The translations under genes were made by a program, and so were the position numbers. A model generated the notes under the pieces. It did no database searches. It saw nothing but the letters and a program-made list of their open reading frames with translations, and was not told where the DNA came from. 64,000 nt of DNA from Podarcis cretensis (Eukaryota), in contig OX638164.1 of assembly GCA_951804945.1 (NCBI GenBank), forward strand, positions 42,842,001-42,906,000, in the 5' to 3' direction. Position 1 is the first letter of the stretch. The number at the start of each line of letters is the position of its first letter. Positions 36,113 to 49,013 of this stretch are shown piece by piece.

Positions 36113-38069
36113 CATCTCATTTTATTTCCCCACTTAATCCAGATTTACCATTTCCCTGGAAAATCAAGTAAGCTTTTAAAAAAATGGGTGGCATTTTGAT
36201 GGCATGCAAGTGCTGTAAAAAACTTGCTGGCATAGGGAGCACAAAGTACCCAACGAAATGCCATGTAGAAGTAGCCACAGTCTCACATCTGTATCCCCAA
36301 AGGAGCATTTCCACCCGCATGGTTCAGCTGAGATCCAGCTCCAAGAGTCTTTTGGCAAAAAGTGAGGTTACGGGGGACCAGGGGAGGGCCTCCTCGGCAG
36401 TGGCGCCTGCCCGGTAGAACGTCCTCCCATCAGATAACCAACTATACAACTTTCCAAAGGCATCTGAAGGCAGCCCTGTCTCGGGAAGTTTCTAATGTTT
36501 GATGTTTTGTTCCTTTATATTTTGTTGAAAGCCACCCAGAGTGGCTGGAGTAACACAGTCTGATGGGTGGGGTGTAAGTAATAAATCACCACCACCACCT
36601 TGGCCTTTCAGCAAGCACCAAAACAAAAGTGCAAGAAATGTTCACTGCCAATCTAATGACCAATTTGTTTCTAATGAGACAACTCTATGGGGGAGAAGAG
36701 AACTAAAATTGGGAGGAACAGTGTTTTCCAGATTTCAGTAATGCAGTGAATATTTAAAAATTCTCTCAATTCTGGCATATCTATGCTGCAAATTTAAACC
36801 AATTTGAAACATGTTTATCTGTGTTTCTTTCAAAGAACCACAGGAATTGCAGTTTGTGAAGGGTACTGAGATGTCTGCGGTAGAGATCCCCAAATTCCTT
36901 CCTATGATTTCCTGCTTCAGAGCTGCTTCAGAGCCCCTTCAACTATGCTATCTGGGAAGCTTACAGTTCAACATGTCATATGGAAGTTAGGGATGGTGGT
37001 GAAATTTGGTTTTGTCTGCATTTCATTGTGAACCTGCTTCATTTCTACTTCTTGAAGCAGTAGAAATGTACCACAGAGGGCTTTTACAAACCATTGATCC
37101 AATCCAATAAGACAACCACACCATCAAATTCCCATACGGCTTGCCTGCCAAGGTACAATTAGTTAATACTGTTGTATCTGTATATACCAGTAGCATTAAT
37201 GTGGTATACTCATTTATCATATTCTCTTTGCTGCAGCTTATCCTTAATCTTTGTAAATACAAATCTGTATCAACAGGAGATCTTCAGAGACAGCGTCCCC
37301 AGTGTGTACTCTCAGAATCACTATAAAAACAGTGTGAAGAGATCAGCCAAATGCAGAAGAGTGCTTAAGCAGTAAGGCAGAAATTGGCTAGAAAAAGGCA
37401 ATTGTCTTGCAGTAATTGCTCACATGCTGTACTGTAACTTTTTGTACTTTTATTTTGCAGTCAGTAGAATCATGTGGATTAGGTTTTCCTGGACTTCAGA
37501 CAACAGATGGAGAGGAGCAGGAAAAGGGCTGCATGTCTGAATTCACTCTCACCTCCCCACGAAGAAAACTACAAAATATGGACTCCTAATTTTTAGTTTC
37601 TTTAAAAATGGCACATAGCCCTTTTAAAGCTACGTGAAAGGGGAACCAGCATAGACTTTGCATTCCAAAGCAAAATTATCAGATCGTAATGAAGTGTAAA
37701 GAAAGAAAAAGATGATTACACCCTGCCACCTTTTGGCAGAATGCAAAAAAAGTTTGCTTTCTTTGTATGCATGAATATAAAGATTTTTATTTTTGCATTT
37801 GAACTTTGGAAAAGAGAAACTGTAACTCCTCCAGCCCCTTAGAAACCCCATATTTCAGTTTCTGAAACCCCACCATCTGCTTCCACAGTTTTAAATCTAC
37901 TTGCACTGTCTCATGTGCTAGAGACATTATTTCATAAAATAACGCAGGCTACTGAATTCTGTACATTTATGAGTTTCTTATCAACTACCAGATTATGAAA
38001 TCCTTTCCTAGGGTCATGGAGGGGGTCTGTGTCTTTCCATCACCCATCTCCAAATACACAGGGTATGTA

Positions 38070-38326
38070 CCGTATTTTTCGCTCTATAAGACGCACCAGA
38101 CCACAAGACGCACCCAGTTTTTGGAGGAAAACAAGAAAAAAAAATATTCTGAATCTCAGAAGCCAGAACAGCAAGAGGGGTCTCTGCGCAGTGAAAGCAG
38201 CAATCCCTCTTGCTGTTCTGGCTTCTGGGATAGCTGCGCAGGCTGAATTCGCTCCATAAGACGCACACACATTTCCCCTTACTTTTTAAGAGGGAAAAAG
38301 TGAGTCTTATAGAGCAAAAAATACGG
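38070..38326. mobile_element. Tc1/mariner (pogo-like) MITE
   Basis: TA TSDs, TIRs ccgtatttttcgctctataagac / gtcttatagagcaaaaaatacgg, and an internal inverted repeat at about 38154-38230. Confidence 0.85.
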
Positions 38327-38739
38327 TATTTCTACATATAGTGTGCATTATGACATAGCACTGGGGCCTGCAAATGGTACCCACAGACACCATCAGACAA
38401 CTTTTCCAAGCCCAACAGGAGCCACTGACACTCCCAATTTATATTTTTTTATTTGTCAGGAAGGGATCTGTTTTTTGGCTGTGTTTTATTTGTTGGGGGG
38501 GGGTGTTCTACCTGCTGCTGTGGGTGGGGAGTCTCAGCGATCACTAAATTTTCTTCTGTAAAACAGTTGTTTTGTGGTGCTTCCACATGCAGAAAAAAAG
38601 GTAAGAGCCGCTTTGCACAGCCATCTGTGATGCCAAAGTCAACAGGTATGCAGAAGATGTACCTCTGAACACATATTTGTGTGCTTACAACACATTTTAA
38701 GGCACGTGTCTTCACTTTGATGTGAGTACCAGGTTTGTA

Positions 38740-38885
38740 CAGGTGAAACTCGAAAAATTAGAATATCGTGGAAAAGTTCATTTATTTCAGTAATTCAACT
38801 TAAAAGGTGAAACTAATATATGAGATAGACTCATGATATGCAAAGTGAGATATGTCAAGCCTTTATTTGTTATAATTGTGATGAT
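38740..38885 (+). mobile_element. Tc1-like transposon terminal fragment
   Basis: TA followed by 'caggtgaaactcgaaaaattagaatatcgtggaaaagttcatttatttcagtaattc'. Confidence 0.65.
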
Positions 38886-39173
38886 CAGAGGACACCCAGG
38901 TTCAAATCCCACCCCATCCCCAGCCATGAAGCTCACCGAGTAATTTTGGGTCAGTCATTCACTGCGCCTGCTCTACCGCACAGGGATGTGGGGAAAAGAA
39001 AATGTAACACCGCCCTGGGATCCTTGGAGGTAGGTGGGATAAAATATAATTAACATATTGCAGAATTCTGCCCCAGACAACTTGAGTATAAGTTCCTAGT
39101 TACCATTTACCACCCCCCCCCCAAAAAAAAATCAAACACAAAATACATGCATATGGAAATCAGATCAAATACT

Positions 39174-39179
39174 TTTATT
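39174..39179 (-). terminator. Candidate distal poly(A) signal of SLC25A37
   Basis: On the minus strand, AATAAA is followed by 'tattttgtgtttgattttttttt' (GU/U-rich element) and preceded by AU-rich UTR-like sequence. It would imply a 3'UTR of about 6.5 kb. Confidence 0.5.
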
Positions 39180-39709
39180 TCTTAAGCTCCAGTGTTTTAA
39201 CTGTAGCAGCATTTCTCAGAAAAACAACTTTCTCCCCTGTTAAATATATACATATACATATATGTAGAAACATTCATTTAAAAAGTAGACATTGGTAAAT
39301 ACATAAAAAGGCAATTTTAGAAGAACAAAATATCAATTTTTAAAAATCCACCCTTGTTTTTTTAAAAATAAATGTGCGCTTATAGCATGCAAAGCAGCAA
39401 TGTGTGCACTTGTCTGCTTTGTTTCTTAAAGACCTTTCAAAAAACTTTAGCTGCTAGAATATTTTAATTTCTTAAGCCAAGACATGGCATAGCTGAAGAT
39501 GGCTTTAGAGCAGAGGCAGGGAGCGAGTCGCCCCCCCCCCCCGATGTCATCAGGCTCCCCATGCCCATCAGCCTCAGCCACCATGAGCAATGGTCAGGAA
39601 TGATGGCAGGTGTAGTCTGTAATCCCTGGGGGACACATTCCCTACTCTGCTTTAGAAGGGGAGCTCCAGTCCCAGCCACTGGTCATTCATGAGTATTCAG
39701 ATTTTTTTT

Positions 39710-39911
39710 CCTTCCAGTAGCACCTTAAAGACCAACTAGGTTAGTACTTGGTATGAGCTTTCGTGTGCATGCATACTTCTTCAGATACCATGCACACGAA
39801 AGCTCATACCAAGTACTAACCTAGTTGGTCTTTAAGGTGCTACTGGAAGGATTTTTTTTATTTTGTTTTGACTATGGGCAGACCAACACGGCTACCTATC
39901 TGTAACTGGAA
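39710..39911. mobile_element. Penelope-like element remnant with inverted terminal duplication
   Basis: Perfect 63-bp inverted repeat and the PLE-type end 'gttggtctttaaggtgctactgga...caacacggctacc'. Flanked by the direct repeat cagatttttttt (39698-39709 and 39912-39923). Confidence 0.8.
39750..39789 (-). ncRNA. Minimal type I hammerhead ribozyme motif
   Basis: Minus strand reads GGUAU-CUGAAGA-AGUAUGCAUGCACAC-GAAA-GC-UC-AUACC: stem I, both catalytic core boxes, stem II and a vestigial stem III. Confidence 0.7.
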
Positions 39912-42900
39912 CAGATTTTTTTTGTTTTTTTAAAAATGAAGACTGCACTCAGAGACCATCCCACTGGTGACTGTCAGAATCTTCCCCAGATGCTTCACAG
40001 ATTAGCTTCTGAGAAGCCAGCCTAGTTCATGGTGAAATCCTAACCTCTGATCTAGATTGCAAGGAAATCAAATCAAATAGGCATCAAGGGAGACCAGTCT
40101 TTAAATGTAAGCCTGTCCCCAATTGTGTGCACAGTGGTTGGTGAGGTTTAAAGCAGAAAACATGATGGCGGGGCTCCTGAACCCTGCCCTCCCCATTCTA
40201 CCCAACACACACACCTTCTTATAGAATTACAATCTGGCTAGGGAAAATGACCTCAGGAGCCACTGCTGGTGTGCACACGTAGGGCTGGAACATAGCCAGA
40301 AGGAGGGTCCAGCAAGCCCCCACCCCCATGCCTCTTTTGTATTTTGAATCATATTCCTAACAGAATAAAAAATACTAGCCAGCAGAGTTTTGGGCTGGGT
40401 CAGTTATATTTGGTTGATTTTAGACTGTTACTGTCCTTAAGGTCACAGGCATGTATTAACGGCAGCAGCATAAGGGACACAGCTACAGATCTCCCTCCCG
40501 CAGCAACGTCTGTCTTCTCGTGCATGCATTCTGCAACATTAGCAAGCAGAGATGCGGCTGTAAACTGGATCCCTGATTGGCTAGCTTGTGCTGCTTCATT
40601 TTCAGTCACACCATTAGTCAATGCGTGAGCTGATTCCAAACTGCTTTTCCCAGAGGCCTATTTTCCAACTCAACTGGGAGACTGCTTCACACTTTCTTGT
40701 GATAGAGGGTTTTGTGCATAAAATGTTTTAAAATGTGCAGTGATTAAGCAGGCATATGGCATAACCAACATGCTACAGACCCTTGCAGCATGTTCCTGTA
40801 GTGGAAGACCTGTGGTTATCCACCAGTCGCTTGGGCAAAAGCAACTCTGATCTACGAATAGAAAGTTGGGTCCAGTTCAAAAAAGCTATGTCTCTAGTTC
40901 TGTGCACAGTTCATCCAAGGCAAGCCCTGTCCAAACATACACATCCAACAAACTTCTGAAAGGAGGGGTTTTCAAAAGCAGCTTGTAATAAGGCATTGAG
41001 CAGGGCGGGTGAGCGTGCATCCATACTACTCAAAGGTGGAAACAATTGGCCATGAATACTTGCCCTAGTTCTGAGCATTCTGCTGAACCCATGTCTGGGC
41101 TGTAGCACTTCAGAATGTAAGAGGGAGGTTTACATTATATATCAAGTGTGGCGGAACCTCCAGATGTTGTTGCACTAAAACTCCCATCACTCCCATCTAG
41201 AATGGGCACTGGTAGAGTTAACAGGAGCGGGAGTCCAATATCTGGAGGGCCACAGGTTTCCCACCCGTGTCCGTACAAAAATTCTATTGGCAAAGAAATC
41301 TAGACTGTACAGTAACCTAGCCTAGTCTTCTGTCTGACAGTGTAGGAATCAATTTTAAATTTCAGTCCTCAAGACCAAGGTTATTGCTAAACTCTCCTCT
41401 GGTTTGTATGACACTCGGGAATGTCTTTTACCTCTACATTCCAAAGGCTGAAAATGCTACATACACACCGTTAATGAAAAATAATCCTATTGGTTTTGCA
41501 ACCTAATGTCCAGTTGATGTTTTCAGTTGAACAAACAGGCAACTAGCCATGATGCACACACATTCGTCTTCCAGCAGTAGCTGCTATAATAATTCTGTTT
41601 TCCCCAGTCAAGTAATGCACTAACCCTGCTTCTAGCCAACGTGCCTCTAGCTCTCATACATCTCCAAAAAGGCAACAGCAAAGATTATTCCCCAACAGTA
41701 GAAAGTTACTCAAGGGCCAAGTTACTAAATGTATGCTGGGACTGCTGTCTGCATTTCTATCCAAGTGACCAGTCCCTGTATTCAGAAGGGCAATGAAAAC
41801 CAGCATGCAAGTACATTGCAGAAGAACATTTGACTGAAGGTATTGAGTGGTACCTTTAAAAAAATCCTTCAGCTTCCTGGAAATCATTCAGTGAGAAGTA
41901 TTATCAGAATGGTTTTAAAACTTAGTGCAAGCTTGACAACAAATTCAATATTTACTCGGGGTAGAAGCATTGTAGTTAATGGACATGTTTAGCTTAGGTT
42001 CATTAATTTCAGTGGGTCTACTCTGGGTAGGATACAGTGGAATACCACCCAAAACCTCCTTCTGCTCCAAACATATATGCTAAGAAAGCCGAGAAGCAAG
42101 AGACACACGATTTTGAAAATGCTTAAGTAGTGATTCAAGAGGTGTTTTACAAATTCAACTGTGCACCTCTACAATCAATATTTGACCACCAGGAACAGAA
42201 TCCTCTTTTTGCCAGGGAATACAAACACACACACACGGAAGAGAGAAACCCACCTAAATAAAAAAAAATGCCACAGCAGGGTGAGGGGAGATCAAAATTT
42301 TTCTGATATAACCATCAAATGGCAGGATGCCATTTTCAGACTGGTTATCCCTCCACAGGAAGACCTTAGGACACCTTCAGAATGCAGGTGATCATCCCTG
42401 TCAAGTAAAGGGCAATTCCAGATGCAGTACTTTGGCCAGTGACCACGTCAAGTTCTAGGGCAGACCTCCGTGTTGCGCCCAACCCTGAAGACAACACTTG
42501 TGTCAGTTGCTCCCCGACTGCCAATCCCAGTAGGAACACTTCCCCCAAGTGGTGAGATCAGGCGCCTGGGCTGTGTGGACATACAATCACAACATGGTAA
42601 AGGTGACCCTACTGACCATGTCAGGATGAGGTGGGGAGATGGAGGGAAAATTTACATGGGGTGCTCTTTCAAGAATCAGCCCCATATCACGCACACCCTG
42701 CAGTTCTGCCACAAATATATTATAAACAGTGCTTTTTTGTGACAGTACTGACCAGTATGGAGTACCATCACCTTTTCCCCCTGCCCATGGCAGCCATTTT
42801 GTACTGAAACTCATGGTTCTTTTTAAAGATATGAGTACCGGCACCTTTTGGGTCTTTTCTGCACTCTTCCCCCTGCAAAAAAGCACTGATTAGAAAGATT

Positions 42901-43384
42901 TGGGATGGCGGCAAAAGGTAGCAGCCAATATGCAAATGAGCAGCAGCAGCAGCTCTAAGCCCACCATAACCCACCAAAGAAAGAAAAGGAACCTCTGAGG
43001 TATTTTTGTTTCACTTCTCGCTGCTGAGGAAGCAGACGACTGGAATAATCTGAAGCAGTTATGTATTAGTATTTATAATTAAAGTGATCAGGTTGAGCTT
43101 TGGCACTTTCAAGCACAAAAGCAACCATCTACAACCCATAGACTTGGAGCAGCCTTCATCCACATGGCGCCCACCAGGTCTATGGAACTACCATTCCCAT
43201 CAGGCTGATCTGCAGCCAGTCCACCAAGTGCATTAAGATTACTATGAAATAGCTGCTATTTATAAATAACTATTATTTATAAAGTGTATAGACCCAGGCA
43301 CTTTGCAAGGGGCAGCCCGTTACAATTATTTCTTATATATTGTTCAGTTAAATCCCAACAGGATTTCTTCTTCTTTTCTAAGTA

Positions 43385-43892
43385 CCGTATTGACCCAAAT
43401 ATAAGCCGCACTTGCAAATAAGCCACACCTTTAAAATTCAAAGGGGGGGGGGAGAAAATACCCAATTATAAGCCGCTCCCTTAAAATTGTGCAGGCACTC
43501 ACACCCGTAATTGGCAAATGTAGAAGAAAATCCTACGGGTATCATTCCCCCACACTCCGTGGATGCTTCCTGGGGGGGGGGAGAGCTGTGCTGCTTTGCC
43601 AGCGGCCTCCCCCCCCCCTTCCCCCTGACGGCTTGGGGAGGCTTGGGAGCCCCAGTCGGGATGCGTACCATTGTCCCACACCCCCGACAGCCCTCGTGGT
43701 GGCATCGGGGGGGGGGCTCTCTCCATTCCGGCCCTGGAAGGCAAGGCAGGGCCACAGACCTAGCACAGCTGTTCCAGCAGCGATGTCGTAAAAGCCAACT
43801 TCTGTAAGGTTGCAAATTTAAGCCGTACTTTAACTTTTCATGATTGGAATTGGGGGGGGGGGGAAGTGTGGCTTATATTCGGGCCAATACGG
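43385..43892. mobile_element. Tc1/mariner (pogo-like) MITE in putative SLC25A37 3'UTR
   Basis: TIRs ccgtattgacccaaatataagcc / ggcttatattcgggccaatacgg. TA on the left, CA on the right. Confidence 0.8.
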
Positions 43893-44004
43893 CATCTTGC
43901 TTTAGAATTGTACATTTTCCACATACAGGGATGTGTAGCACACAACAAACAGGACCATCCAGTTGCAATCCTGATTTGCTAACTATATATATAAAATAAA
44001 AATA

Positions 44005-44245
44005 CAGTGATACCTCCAGTTACAAACGCCTCAGGTTACAAATGCTTCATGTTATGAACTCCGCTCACCTGGAAGAGTTACCTCGAGTTGAGAACTTTTC
44101 CCCAGGATGAGAACGGAAATTGTGTGCCAGCAGCGCAGCGGCAGCAAGAGACCCCATTTGCGAAAGCACGCCTCTAGTTAAGAACAGTTTCAGGTCAAGA
44201 ACGGACCTCCGGAACGAATTAAGTTCATAACTAGAGGTACCACTG
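44005..44245. mobile_element. Tigger-like MITE in putative SLC25A37 3'UTR
   Basis: TA TSDs, TIRs cagtgatacctccagtta / taactagaggtaccactg. Confidence 0.85.
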
Positions 44246-45666
44246 TAAACTGTACTCTTTGTATGGACAAAACGTTTCTGGGACAGCACAAAAGTTGTAC
44301 ATGTTCATAAAAAAGCAGACACAAAGCTATCACAAGTGCTAGAACTAACTCTACATACCTTCATTTGTACAGGCCAGAGGGCCAAGAGCAACATCACCAC
44401 TCTCTCTTTTGGGGGGGGGGGGGGAGTGAAGTTTGTCTCTGCCTCTGCAAAGGCTTTTTGGTTCAGAGGCATTATAACTGTACCGCAACAAAGAGCTGCC
44501 TTTTCATGTCAGTTTTTTTTGCCTTTTACTTTTTTTAAAAAAACAACAACTAAGAAGTGATTCGAGGCAAGTTTTCCTAAGGAAATGTAAACTGATGCCC
44601 CACCCCTCAGCACACTTGCAGGAGTGAAATTTGCAAGCACACACACACACACACACACACAACTGCAAAAGGTTTTGGACATTTGTGCACGTCAGGCACA
44701 GGGGTCTTAGTGGGGAAAAGTCACACAACACCTGTTCAGAAACTGAGATGCAATTTGGTTTTAAAGTACCATCAGAGGCATTTAAGGGTTTGCTAAAACA
44801 CGGTTTTATGCAAAACTACGTACTCTTGGTCTTCTACTCGGTATTGGTCAAAACTGGTTTCCAGAAGTGCCTACCAATCCCAATACATTAAAAGGGAAAT
44901 GACTCACATAAGGCAGTTTCTTAAGATTTCAAAGTCCTACACCTCTTTGAGTATCCAGTTTCAGGAGAATTTAAGGAGCTGTTTAAGGATTGAGAATTCT
45001 TTACAACTATGACACTGGACAAGAAGTGATGATTAAAGCCATTCTGGTTTAAGAGGGGTGGGGATAATGCTATTCACAATTTTTCAAAATAGTGCAGAAG
45101 CCTCTTCTGACACACACACACAAAGAACTCTTGTTCAGCTGTTAAAACTCTTAAAAGCCACCCAACTCACTGATATAGAAAAATAAAAGGATAAACATTA
45201 TCCATCAATTTATATCGCATAATTTCTCTATATAGAACTTTGTTCAGCTAAAAGGCTCAATCTTTTACATTTTCAAAGAGGGGAAAGTCCAATCCACAAG
45301 AACTCTCTTTGCCCCTTGCCCCTCAGGGGCGGCCCTCAAAAGGACTTCAAGGCAGAAACAAGTAGGCCTTGTAGAACCCTGTACAAACTGGTCACAGTTA
45401 TAAACTCCAAAGAAAACTATAAATACTTGTTCAAGCCAAACAATCCTTGCACAATATGGTTTAACAAAAGCAGGGGGGAAGGTACAGAATCAATTTCTCT
45501 AGCATCTAAGAAAACACACACACACACACACACAGCAGACCCCAGGGGTGAATCTACCAGAAACCTTTACACAGTCACATAAAGAGCCCTGGAGAATTCC
45601 AGCACCCCCACAAAGGGACTCTGCCGTCTCAGAGGTTCTGGGTTGCAGCTGCAGCACCAGGACATG

Positions 45667-46187
45667 TCAGCACGGCGTCCCTTTCTCCAATTCACGCTTT
45701 GTAAGTGCATATTTGAAGAATTCATACACAGACCAGGAAATGGCAGTTGAAGGCATCTGGTATATCACCCTTGCCTGGACCCCCTTAAAATACCCAGCGA
45801 TGCCCCCCAGCTGGTACACTGTCCTAAAGGCATTGGCCATTCCGGAGAGATGTCCGCTAACGTTCACAGAACTCAACACCATGTTCTCTTGTGTGTTGAG
45901 GAGAGTCTTGCAGACGTCCAGGGGAGTCGTGGCGGCGGCCGCCACAGCCCCAGCCACAGCCCCCGATATGATGTGCGTGCTCGGATTGTACTGCCGGCAG
46001 GGGTTGATCTGCTCCTGCATGAACTCATAGGTCATGAAGTGAATGGCTTGGAAGGGGATGTTCATGGTGAGCTGGGTGCTGTAGCTCCGGTAGAAAGCGC
46101 CCATCCCCTCCGTCCGATGCACCGCCCGGATGCACTCCAGGACCGTCTTGTACGGAGAGTTGTACATCTGCATGCGCTGCTTCACCA
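45667..46187 (-). CDS. SLC25A37: Mitoferrin-1, last coding exon (exon 4)
   Basis: '[13 protein letters not shown]...[15 protein letters not shown]...[27 protein letters not shown]' with the mitochondrial carrier signature. AG acceptor at 46189-46188, 521 nt to TGA, phase-consistent with exon 3. Confidence 0.96.
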
Positions 46188-47201
46188 CTGGCTCAGTGGG
46201 CAGGAAGGCACAGCGAGGCGTTGGGTGTGCCCCGAGCAGGGAAACAAAAGAAATAAGAAAAGCCAAATTAGATGCAATTCACAGATTTCGGAGCTGCATA
46301 CCAACCAATAACAGAATAGTAAATAATGGCCATTGTAATTTCCCAGATAATATATTTGAGTAAGACAAAGTCCCAAAAGTTTAATTTCAGAATTACAAGA
46401 TCTGAAAAGTTTAAAATTTTAAACTTACAAAGCCAAATACACTAAAGTATCTGGCAGATTAAATATCAATCACCCAATCCACTGTCAAGTTTAAAGTAGA
46501 TTTCATTTGGATTCTCAAGGCTGCCAAGCGGGGACATTTGTCAGTCACAAAAGTGTCTGTATCAGACAGAGGCCACATTCAGACCTTTACAGCACTGTGG
46601 TGCCACCTTAAACAGTCATGGCTTCCCCCAACAAATGCTGGAAGCTGAGAGCTTTCAGGAGACCCCTATTCCCCTCACAGAGCTATCATTTCCAGCATGG
46701 TTTGACAATCAATGCCTCTTCCCAAGGAACTCTGAGAGCTGTAGCTCTGTGAGGGTAATAGGGACTATCTACTGGCACCCCTAACAAACTACAGCTCCCA
46801 GAATTCTTGGATGGAAGCCGTGGCTGTTTAAAGTGGTATCTTAAAAGCATGGCGTGATGGGAGCTGGAGTTGCCCTTTCTGAAACAAAACTAATGTAATT
46901 GCTCTGAATGTACCGTTTCAATTCCCAGGTGACCCTCGCAGAAATTTGGGAGTCATTTGCCAGTCAGTACTGACAATGCTGAGCTGCCTGTGTCTCCCAA
47001 TCTGCAACATTTCATTTACTTATTTGACTCCATTTGTGAATAGTTTCCCATAAAAACTCTTGGGGGGGGGAATCAACAATAAAACAATTTAAAATGAAAA
47101 AACAATTCAAAGCACTATGTAGGTCTTATGGATTCCTGGCAATTTTAATGCTCCTTTCCTCCCCTCCACACCACGGAACCATCGATAGGCGAGGGCATTA
47201 C

Positions 47202-47258
47202 CTTCAGCTGGATTCATAACACCATCATGGAGTAGGGTAGCTAAGCTCCCAGCCATTC
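47202..47258 (-). CDS. SLC25A37: Mitoferrin-1, exon 3 (57 nt)
   Basis: 'GMAGSLATLLHDGVMNPAE', with tgcag| acceptor and |gtaatg donor, phase 1-1. Confidence 0.95.
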
Positions 47259-48654
47259 CTGCACAAACATACAAAAAAGACAAGTCCCCTTTCACAAATC
47301 AATCCTCAACAATCCGCCTTTCCTTTTGCACCCAAATGAGCAATACATTGAATGCACAATACATAATCACCCTTATTTATGCAACATCATCAGGAATCAC
47401 ATTGCTCCTTTTAAAAAGAAAAAGAAAAACAGCCCCCACAACGCTTTTATATAAAAAAGCCACAGGAGACATATGAAAGCATTCACCATTTGCAAAAATA
47501 CAGTGCAGCAACTTGTAAGAGACCATCTGGGGGAAGAATGGTTCTTTGGCAGTTCCTTCTTATGAAATTCATCTGTGCAGTTGTGCAAAGCAAGTCTGTG
47601 TTTTAAACTGTCTACCTGCCCATACTGACTTCCAGGTACACCTACCTATGATGAAGTTGTTATGAAAAAGTCAGCGGGGGGGGGGGGGAGCAACCACAAT
47701 CTCAAACCAAAACACAAGAAGATAAACCTCAAAAGATACTTAACAAAAGACGCATTCTTATTTGCACTCCCAATTTGCATTTCTGAATTAAGTCTTAACA
47801 TATTTCAAATATGATACTGGAAACGTAAAACATAACATTATTAAGATTATGTACAGCCATGACATGCTATTTAAAACACTTTATTAAAGTGTCCCAATTG
47901 GATCAACTGAAAATAAATAAACCCTATTTGTTTCAGAACACTGTTGTTTTTTAAGTTTTTAATCCCTCCATTATTTTTCTGTGGCTATGGCATCATGTTG
48001 TCATTCTGAGCAAGGGAAATATGCTAAGTGATGCTCCATTCAAACAATCCTTAAATGTGAGGGGAAAGGCAGGGGACAAATAAATATATAATTATAATGT
48101 TGGGGTATGAGAGAGATTCCCCAGTTCATTAGGTTGTGACTGGCCACACAGCCAGCAAGAGCTGACTTGTCCCCTGAAATGGCCACGGGCAACTTTGTAC
48201 CTGAAGAGACACTGGGCTGCATCCAAAGAGGGACCTGCTCAGAGTAGACGTACTGAAATTAATACACAAAGCTGACTTGGGTCCATTCATTTTAATGGGC
48301 CTACTCTGAGTATAAGTTAGTTGAAAGCGACCCACCGTCTGCATCTGCTATATGCACTGGATTCCTTAAAACTGATTTCTGCATATTAAATAATATTTAT
48401 ATTATATATATATATATTTAAAAAACACCCTGCATGATACTATACACATTGACTTTGTACATTCAAGGGCTTGTATCTTAGACCACCAAGCCGGAAATAC
48501 TGACCGCATTTAAAATGGATGTTTTTCTACATTAATCCATTAATCTGTGGTTACAAAGCCAGGCAGGTGCAAATTCAGAGAGTGAAGAATTTATTCCATG
48601 GGTTATTACTATAGTTCCCTCAAGAGTCGGAATATCAGCACAGGCCCCAAATAG

Positions 48655-49013
48655 TAAAGGTAAAGGTACCCCTGCCCGTACGGGCCAGTCTTGACAGACT
48701 CTGGGGTTGTGCGCCCATCTCACTTAAGAGGCCAGGGGCCAGCGCTGTCCGGAGACACTTCCGGGTCACGTGGCCAGCGTGACATCGCTGCTCTGGCGAG
48801 CCAGAGCCGCACACGGAAACGCCGTTTACCTTCCCGCTGGTAAGCGGTCCCTATTTATCTACTTGCACCCGGAGGTGCTTTCAAACTGCTAGGTTGGCAG
48901 GCGCTGGGACCGAGCAGCGGGAGCGCACCCGGCCGCAGGGATTCGAACCGCCGACCTTTCGATCGGCAAGCCCTAGGCGCTGAGGCTTTAACCCACAGCG
49001 CCACCTGCGTCCC
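48655..49013 (-). mobile_element. Full-length Sauria SINE in SLC25A37 intron 2
   Basis: tRNA-like head with A and B boxes (gtggcgctgtgg, ggttcgaatccc), (accttt)n tail, direct repeat ccccaaatag at 48645-48654 and 49011-49020, CpGs intact. Confidence 0.93.

Noticed and set aside
39180-45666. Iron-responsive element in the mitoferrin 3'UTR
   Set aside because: The CAGUGN loops I checked by eye (about 45168, 45012, 44241, 42883, 41207, 40261, 39962, 39678) lack the 5-bp upper stem. The check was not exhaustive, and a SIREs search would settle it.
46188-46266. N-terminal extension of the 199-aa minus ORF, and a GAG 4 nt upstream of the exon 4 acceptor
   Set aside because: Intron 3 sequence, since homology starts at VVKQR. 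GAG is a poor acceptor.
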